From an uncultured Ectothiorhodospiraceae bacterium (GTDB taxonomy: Bacteria; Pseudomonadota; Gammaproteobacteria; UBA9214), in the NCBI GenBank assembly GCA_947258845.1, contig CAMYJZ010000002.1:5678-69677 (forward strand): a DNA stretch of 64,000 nt, given 5' to 3'. Position 1 is the first letter of the stretch. Each line of letters starts with the position of its first letter. Under the pieces are notes generated by a model that worked only from the letters and a program-made list of their open reading frames with translations, did not search any database and was not told the origin of the DNA. A program made the translations under genes and the position numbers. Positions 48,561-57,887 of this stretch are shown piece by piece.

Positions 48561-49004
48561 ATGGCCGACGGATGGATGCAGCCCTTTTTTGAACAACAAG
48601 CCCTGCGGTTCGAGTGCACCGGATGCGGTCGCTGCTGCGTGGCAGGGGACGACTATTACGTCTATATGAGTGATGCGGAGGCCGAGGCGATCCGCGCGCA
48701 TCTGCAACTGTCACGCAGCTGGTTTCGGCGCCGTTACCTGGAGCGTCTGGAGGAGGGCGACCGGGTGGCGGCCTCCGGACCCGATGGTCGCTGCGTGTTT
48801 CTGGATGACGAGGGAAGATGCCGTGTTTACCCGGTGCGGCCCCTGCAGTGCTCGAGCTATCCCTTCTGGCCCGAGGTGGTGCGCAGCAGGACGGCCTGGC
48901 AGCGCGAGGCGCGCCGCTGCGAGGGCATCAACCGCGGCAAGGCGGTGGCGACCGGCAGGATACGGGAACTGGTCAACGCCTGCCGCGCGGCAGAACCGGA
49001 CTGA
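48561..49004 (+). CDS. YkgJ-family cysteine-cluster protein (UPF0153)
   Basis: 147 aa. CTGCGRCC plus a downstream Cys pattern. Confidence 0.7.
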   Translation: MADGWMQPFFEQQALRFECTGCGRCCVAGDDYYVYMSDAEAEAIRAHLQLSRSWFRRRYLERLEEGDRVAASGPDGRCVFLDDEGRCRVYPVRPLQCSSYPFWPEVVRSRTAWQREARRCEGINRGKAVATGRIRELVNACRAAEPD

Positions 49005-49011
49005 ACCGGGT

Positions 49012-49848
49012 TCAGGCCCCGCGAGTCTCGTACATGGAAAACCACTGGCTGGCTCCCTCCGGTGCGTGCGTGTCCAGGTAGAGGCTGCTCAACTGCATGC
49101 CGAGTGCCGGTTCCAGTGGCTTGCCGCGGGTGAGGGTGTCGAAGGCATCGCCGGCCAGCAGCTGATGGGTTGTCGTCAGGTACAGCCGGTCCAGTACCCT
49201 GGCTTCCAGCAGGGTATGCAGCACATCCGGGCCCGCGATGGCATAGAGGCTGCGATAGCCCTCGTCTGCCAGCCTGGCAACCATTTCACCGCCTTCCGCA
49301 CCATGGCCCGAGCCCGCGAGCAGCACCTCGATACCCTCATTTCTGAGTGCGGTCACCCGCTTCGAATCTGCCGCATTGCCGGTTATCACCATGATCCTGC
49401 GGTCGCGGTAGGCCTCGAGTGATTCCGGCGGGATGGCAAGACTGCGGCTGAGGATGGCGATGTCCGGTTGAACGGACAGGCCATGCCGGCTACGCCATTC
49501 CCGGATATCGGCATAGTCGGCCTGGGTGCTGACCGGCAATACGTCCTGGGCCTCGTTGATCTCGGCCTGCCGGAAAAAGCGTCCGCTGGTGATCAGCAGG
49601 TCGGCCTGTCCGGCAAGCTCCTGGTAGAGGCGCCAGTCGCGCGGGTTGGTGATGGCGGCAGGGACCTGGTGGGTGGCCCGGTCTTCACTGGCGATGGCGA
49701 TGCGGCCATCCAGCGAGGCGATGAAGTTGCTGTAGACGAAGGGTTTCCCGGGGCGGCCGAGCTCGTGGAGCGCCTGTGTCAGGTACAGCCCCTGCAGGCT
49801 ATGTTCACCGGACGGGAGCGGATACAGGCGTGTGATGGACTGGTTCAT
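49012..49848 (-). CDS. RibD C-terminal domain / dihydrofolate-reductase-like family protein
   Basis: 278 aa. Rossmann-like DHFR/RibD-C pattern (VYSNFIASLDGRIA..., LYLTTTHQLLAGDAFDT). Confidence 0.7.
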   Translation of the reverse strand: MNQSITRLYPLPSGEHSLQGLYLTQALHELGRPGKPFVYSNFIASLDGRIAIASEDRATHQVPAAITNPRDWRLYQELAGQADLLITSGRFFRQAEINEAQDVLPVSTQADYADIREWRSRHGLSVQPDIAILSRSLAIPPESLEAYRDRRIMVITGNAADSKRVTALRNEGIEVLLAGSGHGAEGGEMVARLADEGYRSLYAIAGPDVLHTLLEARVLDRLYLTTTHQLLAGDAFDTLTRGKPLEPALGMQLSSLYLDTHAPEGASQWFSMYETRGA

Positions 49849-49986
49849 GGCGGGGATTTCTTCCGGCGGTCAGTATACCAGCATGCCGCGGTTCCACGGC
49901 CTGCACGAGCAGTGTGCGGTGCTTGCCGGCGGCAATAAAAAACGGGGCCGCGAGGCCCCGTTCCGGGTAGAGCGAACTACGCAGGC

Positions 49987-50382
49987 TTAGGCGACCTGGT
50001 CTGAGGTGTTCTTTTCCTGGTAGTTTTCGATGGCCGCCTTGATGGCATCCTCGGCCAGTACCGAGCAATGGACCTTGACCGGCGGCAGCGCGAGTTCCTC
50101 GGCGATATCGGTGTTCTTGATTTCCCGGGCCTCGTCGAGAGTCTTGCCTTTTACCCACTCGGTCAGCAGGGAACTGGAGGCGATTGCCGAACCACAGCCA
50201 TAGGTCTTGAAGCGGGCATCTTCGATAACGCCACTGGTGTTGACCTTGATTTGCAGTTTCATGACGTCCCCACAAGCCGGCGCGCCAACCATGCCGGTAC
50301 CCACCCCCTTGTCTTCCTTGTCAAAAGAGCCCACGTTGCGGGGATTCTCGTAGTGATCTAGCACTTTTTCACTGTACGCCAT
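49987..50382 (-). CDS. iscU: Fe-S cluster assembly scaffold IscU
   Basis: ORF 49987..50406; MAYSEKVLDHYENPRNVGSF... at 50382 is >80% identical by eye to E. coli IscU, including all three cluster Cys, D39 and LPPVK. Confidence 0.9.
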   Translation of the reverse strand: MAYSEKVLDHYENPRNVGSFDKEDKGVGTGMVGAPACGDVMKLQIKVNTSGVIEDARFKTYGCGSAIASSSLLTEWVKGKTLDEAREIKNTDIAEELALPPVKVHCSVLAEDAIKAAIENYQEKNTSDQVA

Positions 50383-50441
50383 ATCGATATCTCCAGATGA
50401 ATCCAAATAACGATTAAGTTTCGGGAAAAGATAAAAGGATG

Positions 50442-50885
50442 TCAGGCCGCAGACTTCTGGTAGCTGTTTCCGAACAGGGATTCCTGCGTGTCTTCCAGCT
50501 GCGGTTCAACGGCCTCGGCCAGGGTGATCCCGTCGAGGTAGTCGTAGACCTGGTTGCTCAGGCGCTGCCACATCATCAGGCTGCCGGGTATTTCGGTATC
50601 TGCTGATGTCATATCCTGGCGCATCACCATGTCGTCAACCGCATTCAGGATATTGGCGATAGTGATCCCGCTCGCTGAACGTGCCAGGCAATAGCCGCCA
50701 CCCGGACCGCGCATGCCCGTGACCAGGCCATTCTGGCGCAGGCGTGCAAACAGCTGCTCAAGATAGGAGATGGAGATAGACTGCTGGGCAGAAATATCCG
50801 CAAGGGTGACGGGGCCCTTCTCCTGGCGCAGGGCCAGTTCCATCATGGCCGTTACAGCATGGCGCCCCTTTGTTGATAATTTCAT
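50442..50885 (-). CDS. Rrf2-family regulator, IscR-like, but lacking the Fe-S ligand cysteines
   Basis: 147 aa. N-terminal 90 aa closely match IscR (MKLSTKGRHAVTAMMELAL...GPGGGYCLAR). The C92/C98/C104/H107 ligand region is absent, with only one Cys in the protein. Located directly upstream of iscU. Confidence 0.85.
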   Translation of the reverse strand: MKLSTKGRHAVTAMMELALRQEKGPVTLADISAQQSISISYLEQLFARLRQNGLVTGMRGPGGGYCLARSASGITIANILNAVDDMVMRQDMTSADTEIPGSLMMWQRLSNQVYDYLDGITLAEAVEPQLEDTQESLFGNSYQKSAA

Positions 50886-51014
50886 GACAAACCTCTGATG
50901 AATACGGTACTGACTGTGTCGATGCCGGTGCCTCTGGACCGTATCCTGTGCAGGGCGCCGGGACCCGAACCAAGTAGTGGTCCGCGGAAGACTTGGTACT
51001 AATGATAGTAATAG

Positions 51015-51031
51015 TTGACTCTTTTGGTCAA
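51015..51031. promoter_or_regulatory. Palindrome TTGAC-N7-GTCAA in an AT-rich region ~130 bp upstream of the Rrf2 gene and divergent from rsd; candidate Rrf2/IscR operator
   Basis: Read directly (TTGACTCTTTTGGTCAA). Resembles the GAC...GTC core of IscR sites. Confidence 0.35.
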
Positions 51032-51314
51032 GATTTATCCCCCTGTCGATGCGGGGTAACCGGGTTGGGATACACTATAAAGTATATATTAAACAGTAAG
51101 ATACCATGGCTACTATCCTCAAGGGGGTATGTCAGGTGACGGGGTTGGCTGGCTCGGGGTGCCGCTATCGGGAGCCATTGCCGCTGAATCGACCGCTATC
51201 CAAAAGAGTTTTATTAACATTGGCTTATCTTTGTCCTGACCGGGCAGGGCAAGTCAACCCCGGGCCCCGTGATTTGTTACAATCTTCCGAATAACAACAT
51301 GGCAGGAGCGCATT

Positions 51315-51770
51315 ATGGGATCACAAAATCAGGTGGATGTTGATCGCCGTAGCAAGGCGAGCGAGAAACTTGCATCCCTTGTTCAATCGAGAACCGAGAC
51401 ACTGTCACTATTGACGGATCTTGCGGGCCGTCAGCCTTTCGACTCGGAGCCGGATACGGAACAGGCCCTGCGCCGGTTTTGCGAGGCCCTGATTGATTAC
51501 ACCGCCAGCGCCCATTTCCAGTTGTATCGCTACCTGTCGGATAACCGGGAACGCCGCCAGTCGGTACTGGCGGTTGCCGACAGGATCTATCCCATGATTG
51601 TCGAAAGCACTGACGTGATCCTGCGTTTCAATGACAAGTACGAGTCCATGTCACTCGATAACAGCGTGGAGTTCCTGGCCATGGATTTGTCCAACCTGGG
51701 TGAATGCCTCGCCGAACGTATCCAGCTCGAGGACCAGGTCATCAAGGCCATGGGTGGTGCGATTCACTAG
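51315..51770 (+). CDS. rsd: Rsd/AlgQ-family anti-sigma-70 regulator
   Basis: 151 aa. The Rsd/AlgQ pattern (FCEALIDYTASAHFQLY, LEDQVIKAM) aligns with E. coli Rsd. Confidence 0.8.
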   Translation: MGSQNQVDVDRRSKASEKLASLVQSRTETLSLLTDLAGRQPFDSEPDTEQALRRFCEALIDYTASAHFQLYRYLSDNRERRQSVLAVADRIYPMIVESTDVILRFNDKYESMSLDNSVEFLAMDLSNLGECLAERIQLEDQVIKAMGGAIH

Positions 51771-51888
51771 TCCCGGTCGTAAAACCTGTTCGTGGCCATG
51801 GATGGCGCTAACACATGCCCGACATGGTTGTCTGAAGGGTATGCCTGGGCACAATCAGTTACCTGTCAGATCACCTGAGCAGCGCCCC

Positions 51889-53547
51889 ATGTTGTGTTCC
51901 ACAGCCCGTCCCGCCATCGGTTTACTGTTATGCCTGGTGCTGGGTGGTGTGTTGCCTGCCTCGCTGTCCGCTACCGGCTTGCCCGGGAAAGACGGGCCTG
52001 CCGCCACAGAGGAGACGGTCACCAGCCTTGCCCGGCAGTTGGATACCGGGAATTTTCCCCTGCAGGGTGTCCGCATCGACTGGGCGCTGGTCCGGCCCTT
52101 CTATGCGGCCCGGGGATTCCAGCCGGCCTGGCATGAGAAGGGAACGCCGTTGCCAGGGGTGAGCGGGGTCCTGGACCTGATTGCCTCGGCCAGTCGTGAA
52201 GGCCTGTATCCGGAGGAGTATCACCTGAATGAAATTCAGGCCGGTCTGGATATGTCGGTTCTGCTGCCGCAGGATGCCCTGGACATCCTGCTGACGGACG
52301 CGCTGCTCAAATACATCCGTCACCTGCGGAACGGCCGGCTGAATACCCGATCGGCTGATCCGCAATGGCTGATTCACTCGGCACCTGTCGATGCCGTGGC
52401 GGTATTGCAAAAGACAATCGAATCTCCGTCGCCAAACCGGGCACTGGCTGCATTATCACCCGGGCATCGGGGTTACCAGCGCCTCCGGAACCTGTTGCAT
52501 GCCTATCGGTCGCTGGCCAGTGCCGGTGGCTGGCCTGTAGTCCCTCCGGGTCCGAAACTGGAGAAGGGAATGTATGACCGGCGAGTACAGTCCCTGCGTC
52601 AGCGGCTGTGGCTCTCGGGTGATGTCGATACACTGGATGTTATCGATGCGTTCGAGTTTGACGAGGAACTCGAGCACGCCGTGCGCGGTTTCCAGGAACG
52701 GCATGGTCTGGAAATCGACGGGGTGGTCGGTCGTGATACCCTGGCCGCGTTGAATGTCCCGGTTGAGGAGCGCATCCAGCAGGTTCTCCTGAACATGGAG
52801 CGCTGGCGCTGGTTACCCGAGGAAATGGGCAGCCGTTACCTGATGGTCAATATGGCCGGTTTCGACTTGCAGCTGGTCGAGAATGAAGCGACTGTCATGG
52901 ACATGCGTGTCATCATTGGCCGTCCCTACCGCTCGACCCCCGCTTTCGTCGCTGAAATGACTCACCTGGTATTCAATCCCTACTGGAATGTACCGCACAA
53001 GCTGGCGCTGCTGGACCTGTTGCCCGCGCAACAAAAAGATCCGCAATACCTCAGCAGGAAGGGTTTCCGGGTGTTCTCGGACTGGAGCAGAGACGCCATC
53101 GAGGTCGACCCCGACAGCATCGACTGGTCGCAATACAACGAGAACAACTTCGTTTTTCGTTTGCGCCAGGAGCCCGGGGCTGCCAACAGCCTGGGGCGCA
53201 TCAAGTTCATGATGCCGAATCCCCATGCCGTTTACCTGCACGACACGCCGGCACAGCATCTGTTCAGGCGCGCGGTGCGAACCTTCAGTTCAGGCTGTAT
53301 TCGCGTCGAACAGCCGGTGCGTCTGGCGACCACCCTGCTGCAGGGCAAGCGCCGCTGGACCGACGGGGACGTGATGCAAATTATCGCAAGCAGGGAAAAC
53401 CGTGCCGTGTTTCTGTCGAGCAAGATCCCCGTCTATATGCTCTACCTGACGACCTGGGTGGATGACGCCGGCCGGGTGCATTTTCGCGATGATGTCTATG
53501 GCCGTGACCTGCTGGTGCGCAAGGCCTGGGATGCCGTGACGGGCTGA
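51889..53547 (+). CDS. ldtD: L,D-transpeptidase, YcbB/LdtD family (PG-binding domain plus YkuD catalytic domain)
   Basis: ORF 51631..53547; signal peptide MLCSTARPAIGLLLCLVLGG at 51889. PG_binding_1 repeat (AVRGFQERHGLEIDGVVGRDTLAALN). Catalytic HDTP...FSSGCIRV. Confidence 0.85.
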   Translation: MLCSTARPAIGLLLCLVLGGVLPASLSATGLPGKDGPAATEETVTSLARQLDTGNFPLQGVRIDWALVRPFYAARGFQPAWHEKGTPLPGVSGVLDLIASASREGLYPEEYHLNEIQAGLDMSVLLPQDALDILLTDALLKYIRHLRNGRLNTRSADPQWLIHSAPVDAVAVLQKTIESPSPNRALAALSPGHRGYQRLRNLLHAYRSLASAGGWPVVPPGPKLEKGMYDRRVQSLRQRLWLSGDVDTLDVIDAFEFDEELEHAVRGFQERHGLEIDGVVGRDTLAALNVPVEERIQQVLLNMERWRWLPEEMGSRYLMVNMAGFDLQLVENEATVMDMRVIIGRPYRSTPAFVAEMTHLVFNPYWNVPHKLALLDLLPAQQKDPQYLSRKGFRVFSDWSRDAIEVDPDSIDWSQYNENNFVFRLRQEPGAANSLGRIKFMMPNPHAVYLHDTPAQHLFRRAVRTFSSGCIRVEQPVRLATTLLQGKRRWTDGDVMQIIASRENRAVFLSSKIPVYMLYLTTWVDDAGRVHFRDDVYGRDLLVRKAWDAVTG

Positions 53548-53684
53548 GTCCGCGCTGGTCGGCGCACTCGCATTACTGTGACCGGTTGCACGGATTCGAA
53601 TACGGGCCTGTGACAGGCTCATTCATAATGGCGGGATCCGGCATGCGCCCATGGGTGCACGGTTTCCCTTAATTGATTGAGGGT

Positions 53685-53702
53685 ATTTACATTAATGTAA
53701 AT
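53685..53702. promoter_or_regulatory. Perfect 18-bp palindrome ATTTACATTAATGTAAAT immediately upstream of a TATAAT -10-like hexamer, 70 bp upstream of the mepK-like gene; candidate operator
   Basis: Read directly from the sequence. Confidence 0.35.
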
Positions 53703-53771
53703 TAGTGTATAATCAGACGCTAATTTTGCTTAACTTATTTAAATCAATAGGTTACCGAACTACTTGAGCTG

Positions 53772-54353
53772 ATGAGCGGCCACCTACAGCAGAAAAGTCG
53801 TATTTCTGAGACCCTCCCTGCCGTGAGCCGGCGTGACTTTCTGCGCCTCGGCGCCGGTATCGCCGGCGCACTGGTCCTGCCACCCGCCTTCGCTAAATCC
53901 GCCGCCGTGCAGGAACGTAGCCTCAGCTTCAGTAACACCCACACCGGCGAAAGTCTGAAGACGACCTACTGGCTGGATGGCGAGTACCTGGATGACAGCA
54001 TGCAGGAGATCAATAGCATCCTGCGCGACCACCGCACCGATGACGTGCACAACATGGACACGGCACTTCTGGACCTGCTGTTTGTGCTGCAGTCCCAGCT
54101 TGACAGCGAGGATGTCTTTCACATCATTTCCGGCTACCGTTCCCCGGTAACCAACGCCATGTTGAATGGCAAGAGCAAGAGCGTTGCCAAGCGCAGTTAC
54201 CATATGCGCGGCATGGCCATCGACATCCGCCTGCAGGGCTGCGAGCTCAAGAACCTGCAACGTGCCGCCCTGGCGCTGAAGGCTGGTGGCGTGGGTTATT
54301 ATCCTTCCTCCGACTTCATCCACGTCGACGTCGGACCCGTGCGCAGCTGGTAG
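53772..54353 (+). CDS. mepK: DUF882/peptidase M15-like murein endopeptidase (YcbK/MepK family), Tat-secreted
   Basis: 193 aa. Twin-arginine signal SRRDFLRLGAG. Conserved SGYRSP...H...DIR...HVDVG M15-like motifs. Downstream of ldtD, as ycbB-ycbK in E. coli. Confidence 0.85.
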   Translation: MSGHLQQKSRISETLPAVSRRDFLRLGAGIAGALVLPPAFAKSAAVQERSLSFSNTHTGESLKTTYWLDGEYLDDSMQEINSILRDHRTDDVHNMDTALLDLLFVLQSQLDSEDVFHIISGYRSPVTNAMLNGKSKSVAKRSYHMRGMAIDIRLQGCELKNLQRAALALKAGGVGYYPSSDFIHVDVGPVRSW

Positions 54354-54501
54354 TCACAGCACCGAATCAGCCTCCATTCCCGATTCAATCCGGGCCGCCG
54401 GTGCCTGGATAAGCAACCCCGGCAGTTGCCTGTTGTCAAGGCGTTCATACGCGCGCCGGAGCTGGCCTATACTGGCCCTGTGTCCCCCCCGTGAGGTGAT
54501 T

Positions 54502-55287
54502 ATGACCGAGCCTGCGACGATAGAAACATTGCTGGAAATCATGGTCCGCCTGCGTGACCCGCAGGATGGCTGTCCGTGGGACCAGCAGCAGGATTTCCGC
54601 ACCATTGCACCGTATACCCTCGAAGAGGCCTACGAGGTGGTCGATGCCATCGACCGGGATGATATGGATGACCTGCAGGATGAACTCGGCGACCTGCTGT
54701 TCCAGGTGGTCTACCATGCCCAGATGGCCAGCGAGGCGGGTCGGTTTGATTTCTCCCATGTCCTTGACGGCATCTGCGACAAGATGGTGCGTCGCCATCC
54801 CCATGTGTTTGCCGATGATGCCATCGCCGATGCCGAGGAGCAGACCCGCGCCTGGGAGAGCCACAAGGAAAGGGAACGCAAGCACAGTACTGTGAGTGCA
54901 CTCGACGGTGTCCCCCTGGCGCTGCCGGCCCTGACCCGTGCCTGCAAGTTGCAGAAAAAGGCCTCACGGGTGGGCTTCGACTGGCCGGATAGCCATGGCG
55001 TGGCCGGGAAGGTCGAGGAGGAACTGCAGGAACTGCGTGCGGAGCTGGTTGAGGGCACGGATCCTGCCGCCCTGGCAGAGGAGGCCGGCGACCTGCTGTT
55101 TGCCGTGGTCAACCTGGTCCGGCATGCCGGTATCGACCCGGAAACCGCATTGCACCAGGCCAACCGTAAATTCACCCGGCGCTTTCAGCGGGTCGAGGCC
55201 CGCTGCCGGGAGGCCGGGGGCAGCGTCTCCGGGGCCGACCTCGAAACCCTGGACGGCTACTGGGAGCAGGTCAAGAGGGAAGAATGA
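54502..55287 (+). CDS. mazG: Nucleoside triphosphate pyrophosphohydrolase MazG
   Basis: ORF 54286..55287; MTEPATIETLLEIMVRLRDPQDGCPWD at 54502 is the canonical MazG start. Two EExxE/D motifs. Confidence 0.9.
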   Translation: MTEPATIETLLEIMVRLRDPQDGCPWDQQQDFRTIAPYTLEEAYEVVDAIDRDDMDDLQDELGDLLFQVVYHAQMASEAGRFDFSHVLDGICDKMVRRHPHVFADDAIADAEEQTRAWESHKERERKHSTVSALDGVPLALPALTRACKLQKKASRVGFDWPDSHGVAGKVEEELQELRAELVEGTDPAALAEEAGDLLFAVVNLVRHAGIDPETALHQANRKFTRRFQRVEARCREAGGSVSGADLETLDGYWEQVKREE

Positions 55288-55302
55288 GAGTGATCGCGCC
55301 GG

Positions 55303-56055
55303 TCAATTCCTGACCTTGTTCTGGCGGTACTGGATGTAGGCATCGCGTACGAACAGGTAGGGGTCGAGTGCATCCCGCTTGATCCCCTCGTAGGTGTCCT
55401 TGTCCAGTGATAACTCATTGATCGCGTCCACTACCTTGGCGCCAAGGTAGTCCTGGTTCTCCTCCCAGGCATAGGAGGTCAGGTCCAGGCGGGAATCCGC
55501 CAGCAGGCCTATGCCATCCCTGAGGTTTGAGGGGCCCAGCACCGGCAACACCAGGTAGAATCCCGGTCCGAGGCCATAGTGCCCCAGGGTCTGGCCGGTA
55601 TCCTCATCCTTGCCTCTGATGTTGAAGTGTTCTTTCGCGGGATCGAAAAAGCCGCCGATACCCAGCGTGGTGTTGACGGCGAAACGCAGCAGTTCATTCC
55701 CGGCATCCCTGAATCTGAATTGCAGGCCTGAATTGACCAGGCGTACCGGTGTTTCCAGGTTGTTGAAGAAGTGCTGTACCGACACCTGCATCATTTTCGG
55801 GACAATGCGTCGATAGCCACGGGCGACCGGTTTCAGTAGGTAGAAATACAGCTTGTCATTGAACCAGAAGATGCCGCGGTTGATCGGCTCCAGCGGGTCG
55901 GCGACGATGAACTCCTCCATGTCGTCGAACATGAACAGGTCATCATCGCTGACCGGGGCAGCCGTGGTGGTGCTCCCAACCGGATCGATGGCATCTTCGC
56001 CCAGGCCGCTCAAGGGGTAGGCGATCAACAGAATCAGGATAAGCAGTTTCTTCAT
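55303..56055 (-). CDS. mlaA: MlaA/VacJ-family phospholipid-transport lipoprotein
   Basis: 250 aa. Signal peptide; conserved MlaA blocks (PLEPINRGIFWFNDKLY, NTTLGIGGFFD, GHYGLGPGFYLVLP). Confidence 0.85.
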   Translation of the reverse strand: MKKLLILILLIAYPLSGLGEDAIDPVGSTTTAAPVSDDDLFMFDDMEEFIVADPLEPINRGIFWFNDKLYFYLLKPVARGYRRIVPKMMQVSVQHFFNNLETPVRLVNSGLQFRFRDAGNELLRFAVNTTLGIGGFFDPAKEHFNIRGKDEDTGQTLGHYGLGPGFYLVLPVLGPSNLRDGIGLLADSRLDLTSYAWEENQDYLGAKVVDAINELSLDKDTYEGIKRDALDPYLFVRDAYIQYRQNKVRN

Positions 56056-56149
56056 GATGTCTCTCGTGATCCGGTTTCCTTTCTTGCTCCGGCGCTGGAC
56101 GGGCCAGCATGTAGTTCCCCGGCCTGAAGCAGATGGCTGCGGGAAGGTC

Positions 56150-56344
56150 TTAGCCGTCGGTATCCTGTCCCGTCTCTGTTGTTACTTCGCCCGGGATGCG
56201 CCTGGTCTCGTCAAGCCATTCGCCGAGATCGATCAGTTTGCAGCGTTCACTACAAAACGGGCGCCAGCGCTGCTGCCCTGTCCATTCTACCGGCTTGCCG
56301 CAGGTGGGACACTGCACCAGCTTTTGCTCTGATGGGGTCGTCAT
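56150..56344 (-). CDS. yacG: DNA gyrase inhibitor YacG (zinc finger)
   Basis: 64 aa. CPTCGK...[17 protein letters not shown] is the YacG signature. Confidence 0.85.
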   Translation of the reverse strand: MTTPSEQKLVQCPTCGKPVEWTGQQRWRPFCSERCKLIDLGEWLDETRRIPGEVTTETGQDTDG

Positions 56345-56376
56345 GGGTGTAACGTTCGTTGAAACGGCGGTTTTTG

Positions 56377-57186
56377 TCAGATGACACAGCAGGCAAGTTC
56401 AAAATCCACATCCTGCTCGGTTTGCCTGGCCCGTTGTTCGATGGTGGAGAACTGCAGGAAACGCGCCGTGAAACGGTGCTTGCCGCCGCTCAACTCGGCG
56501 AAGTAGGGTACGCTGGCAGGTAATGCAATACGCACCAGCTGGCACGGCATTTTCGGGTCCAGTGTCTTCTGGTAGACGCCGCCATGGGCGATCGCCGGCT
56601 TCATGTGGGTGCTCCCACGCGTCAGCTTGAGTATGAGCTGGATGGCCTGGCCGATGGCATCGAAATTATGCAGCCAGCGGTACAGGTCGTCGGTGCGCTG
56701 GTCGGATGGCTGCTGCAGCCAGTAATGGAATGCCGGCAGGTCAAAGTCGCAGGTTCCGCCCGGGATGGCACTGCGCTGTCGAATGCTGATCAGGAACTCG
56801 CTGGTCTTGAGTTCACTGGCAATCTGGCCGTTGATCCTGTGCAGGCCATCGACCCGTGTTTCGATGTCCTGCAGCAGGCTGCTCAGTTGCCGGGTGTCGA
56901 TGTCCGGGTTTTGCTCGAGTCGTTTCAGGTTGCCGGCATGGCGTTCGAGTTCCTTCAGCACCTCTGACTTGACGTTGGTGTTGGTAAAGATCGACAGGAT
57001 CTCGAGGATGCAGGTTAGTGTTGCCCGACTGTCCCACTCCGAACTGCGCCGAACATGATGTGCGGCCTGGCTGAACAGGTATTCAAGGCGCAGGAAGCTT
57101 CTTGACCTTTCGTTGAGCGGGTGTTCGTAGAGAACGCGCTGTGCCGCGGGCTGTGACTGGTTTTCTAGGGCTGCTTCCACGGGCAC
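56377..57186 (-). CDS. zapD: Cell division protein ZapD (YacF)
   Basis: 269 aa. coaE-zapD-yacG order; ZapD-like sequence ([21 protein letters not shown]...). Confidence 0.85.
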   Translation of the reverse strand: MPVEAALENQSQPAAQRVLYEHPLNERSRSFLRLEYLFSQAAHHVRRSSEWDSRATLTCILEILSIFTNTNVKSEVLKELERHAGNLKRLEQNPDIDTRQLSSLLQDIETRVDGLHRINGQIASELKTSEFLISIRQRSAIPGGTCDFDLPAFHYWLQQPSDQRTDDLYRWLHNFDAIGQAIQLILKLTRGSTHMKPAIAHGGVYQKTLDPKMPCQLVRIALPASVPYFAELSGGKHRFTARFLQFSTIEQRARQTEQDVDFELACCVI

Positions 57187-57224
57187 CTATTGTGGCCTAC
57201 CCGCAGGCTATGCGCAAATGATCT

Positions 57225-57878
57225 TCAGCCCGGCCCGTGGGCGGCGATCTCGAGGTATTGTTTGTGCTGTGACCTGACCTGTGTGCGCAGCTCATCCAGC
57301 GTGCCGTCGTTACTGATGACGTCGTCGGCGACTCCCAGCCGGCTCTCGCGGGTTGCCTGTACCCCCATGATCGCCAGGATCTCTTCCCTGGCGCGGCCGT
57401 CGCGCGCGGCCGCCCGCTCGACCTGCCGGTTTGGCGTACAATCCACGACCAGTACCCGGTCAACCAGGTCCATCTGTCCGGTTTCCAGCAGCAGCGGAAT
57501 GACGACCAGACAGTAGGGCTCAGCGACAGTCTTGATTAATTTGCTGATTTTCATTCGTATTTTCGGGTGAAGTATGGCCTCCAGCCGGTGTCGCAATCCG
57601 GCGTCGGTGAACACCCGTTCCCTGAGCCAGCCGCGCTTGAGTTGACCGCCGGCATCGACACAGTCTTCGCCGAAGGTCGTGATGATCTCCTGCAGGGCGG
57701 GCTGTCCGGATTCGACCAGGGCGTGGGCGATCTCGTCGGCATCGATGACCGGGACCCCCAGTGTCCTGAACAGATCCGTTACAGTGGACTTGCCACTGCC
57801 GATGCCACCGGTCAGCCCGACGACCAGGGGACGCCCGGTTCGGCCCGGGCCCGGTGTGACGCTGCCGGAAGGGTCCAC
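57225..57878 (-). CDS. coaE: Dephospho-CoA kinase
   Basis: 217 aa (the true start may be later). Walker A GLTGGIGSGKST; pilD-coaE linkage. Confidence 0.9.
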   Translation of the reverse strand: MDPSGSVTPGPGRTGRPLVVGLTGGIGSGKSTVTDLFRTLGVPVIDADEIAHALVESGQPALQEIITTFGEDCVDAGGQLKRGWLRERVFTDAGLRHRLEAILHPKIRMKISKLIKTVAEPYCLVVIPLLLETGQMDLVDRVLVVDCTPNRQVERAAARDGRAREEILAIMGVQATRESRLGVADDVISNDGTLDELRTQVRSQHKQYLEIAAHGPG

Positions 57879-57887
57879 GGGGAGAGA

